Below the pieces are notes generated by a model. It had not been told where the DNA came from, did no database searches, and saw only the letters and a list, made by a program, of their open reading frames with translations. Positions 63,974-64,000 of a stretch of DNA of 64,000 bases are shown here, piece by piece (positions within the stretch are counted from its first letter, which is position 1; each line of letters opens with the position of its first letter). The DNA lies in contig JAHFCH010000011.1 of assembly GCA_023249635.1 (NCBI GenBank), positions 671-64,670 of the forward strand. Reading direction: 5' to 3'. The position numbers were made by a program, and so were the translations under genes. Source of the stretch: Fibrobacterota bacterium. GTDB taxonomy: Bacteria; Fibrobacterota; Fibrobacteria; UBA11236.

Positions 63974-64000
63974 GCGACTAGCGGAGACCCTCGGAAGGTT

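Overview
High-GC (~65%) bacterial chromosomal window; I cannot place the taxon, but the regulatory repertoire (Ser/Thr kinase, FHA, PEGA, sigma-54) looks Myxococcota/Acidobacteria-like. Most of it is housekeeping and cell-envelope genes. In order: (1) a TamB-like plus Omp85 pair, a PEGA protein, tRNA-Cys, and an envelope cluster (exported protein, TolA/CpoB-like TM-Pro-rich-TPR protein, TolB-like beta-propeller, TPR protein); (2) an Opp/Dpp-type ABC operon with an inserted lipoprotein and a fused double ATPase; (3) a signalling/lipid block: Zn-ribbon protein, acpS, Tgs-like methyltransferase, FHA, CheY-receiver fused to a Zn-ribbon domain, GT1, ferredoxin plus geranylgeranyl reductase, radical-SAM fused to a DUF2344-like region, Ppx/GppA, pseudouridine synthase, queA, hemE, prmA, polyprenyl synthase, mltG; (4) a ~18 kb minus-strand Wzx/Wzy-type exopolysaccharide/LPS mega-operon (exbB-exbD-exbD-tonB-wza-wzc-wzx, eight GTs, sugar transferase, Wzy-like, GT4, GT9) with serial ATGA/GTGA start-stop overlaps; (5) obg, an excisionase-type HTH, a sigma-54 activator co-operonic with a degenerate-GGDEF (intact I-site) protein, a divergent Hanks kinase, map. 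The most unusual, unannotated signal is non-coding: three families of palindromic elements whose arms are tandem heptanucleotide arrays (GTCGGGC, GGTTTAA, GTGAAAA), each in two copies at intergenic or convergent positions. One has 20-bp MITE-like terminal inverted repeats and extends a GT ORF. Another folds over the wza start codon and encodes its signal-peptide h-region. There is also a 3 x 60-bp tandem hairpin array upstream of the TolB-like gene. No CRISPR, phage or obvious defence genes were seen.
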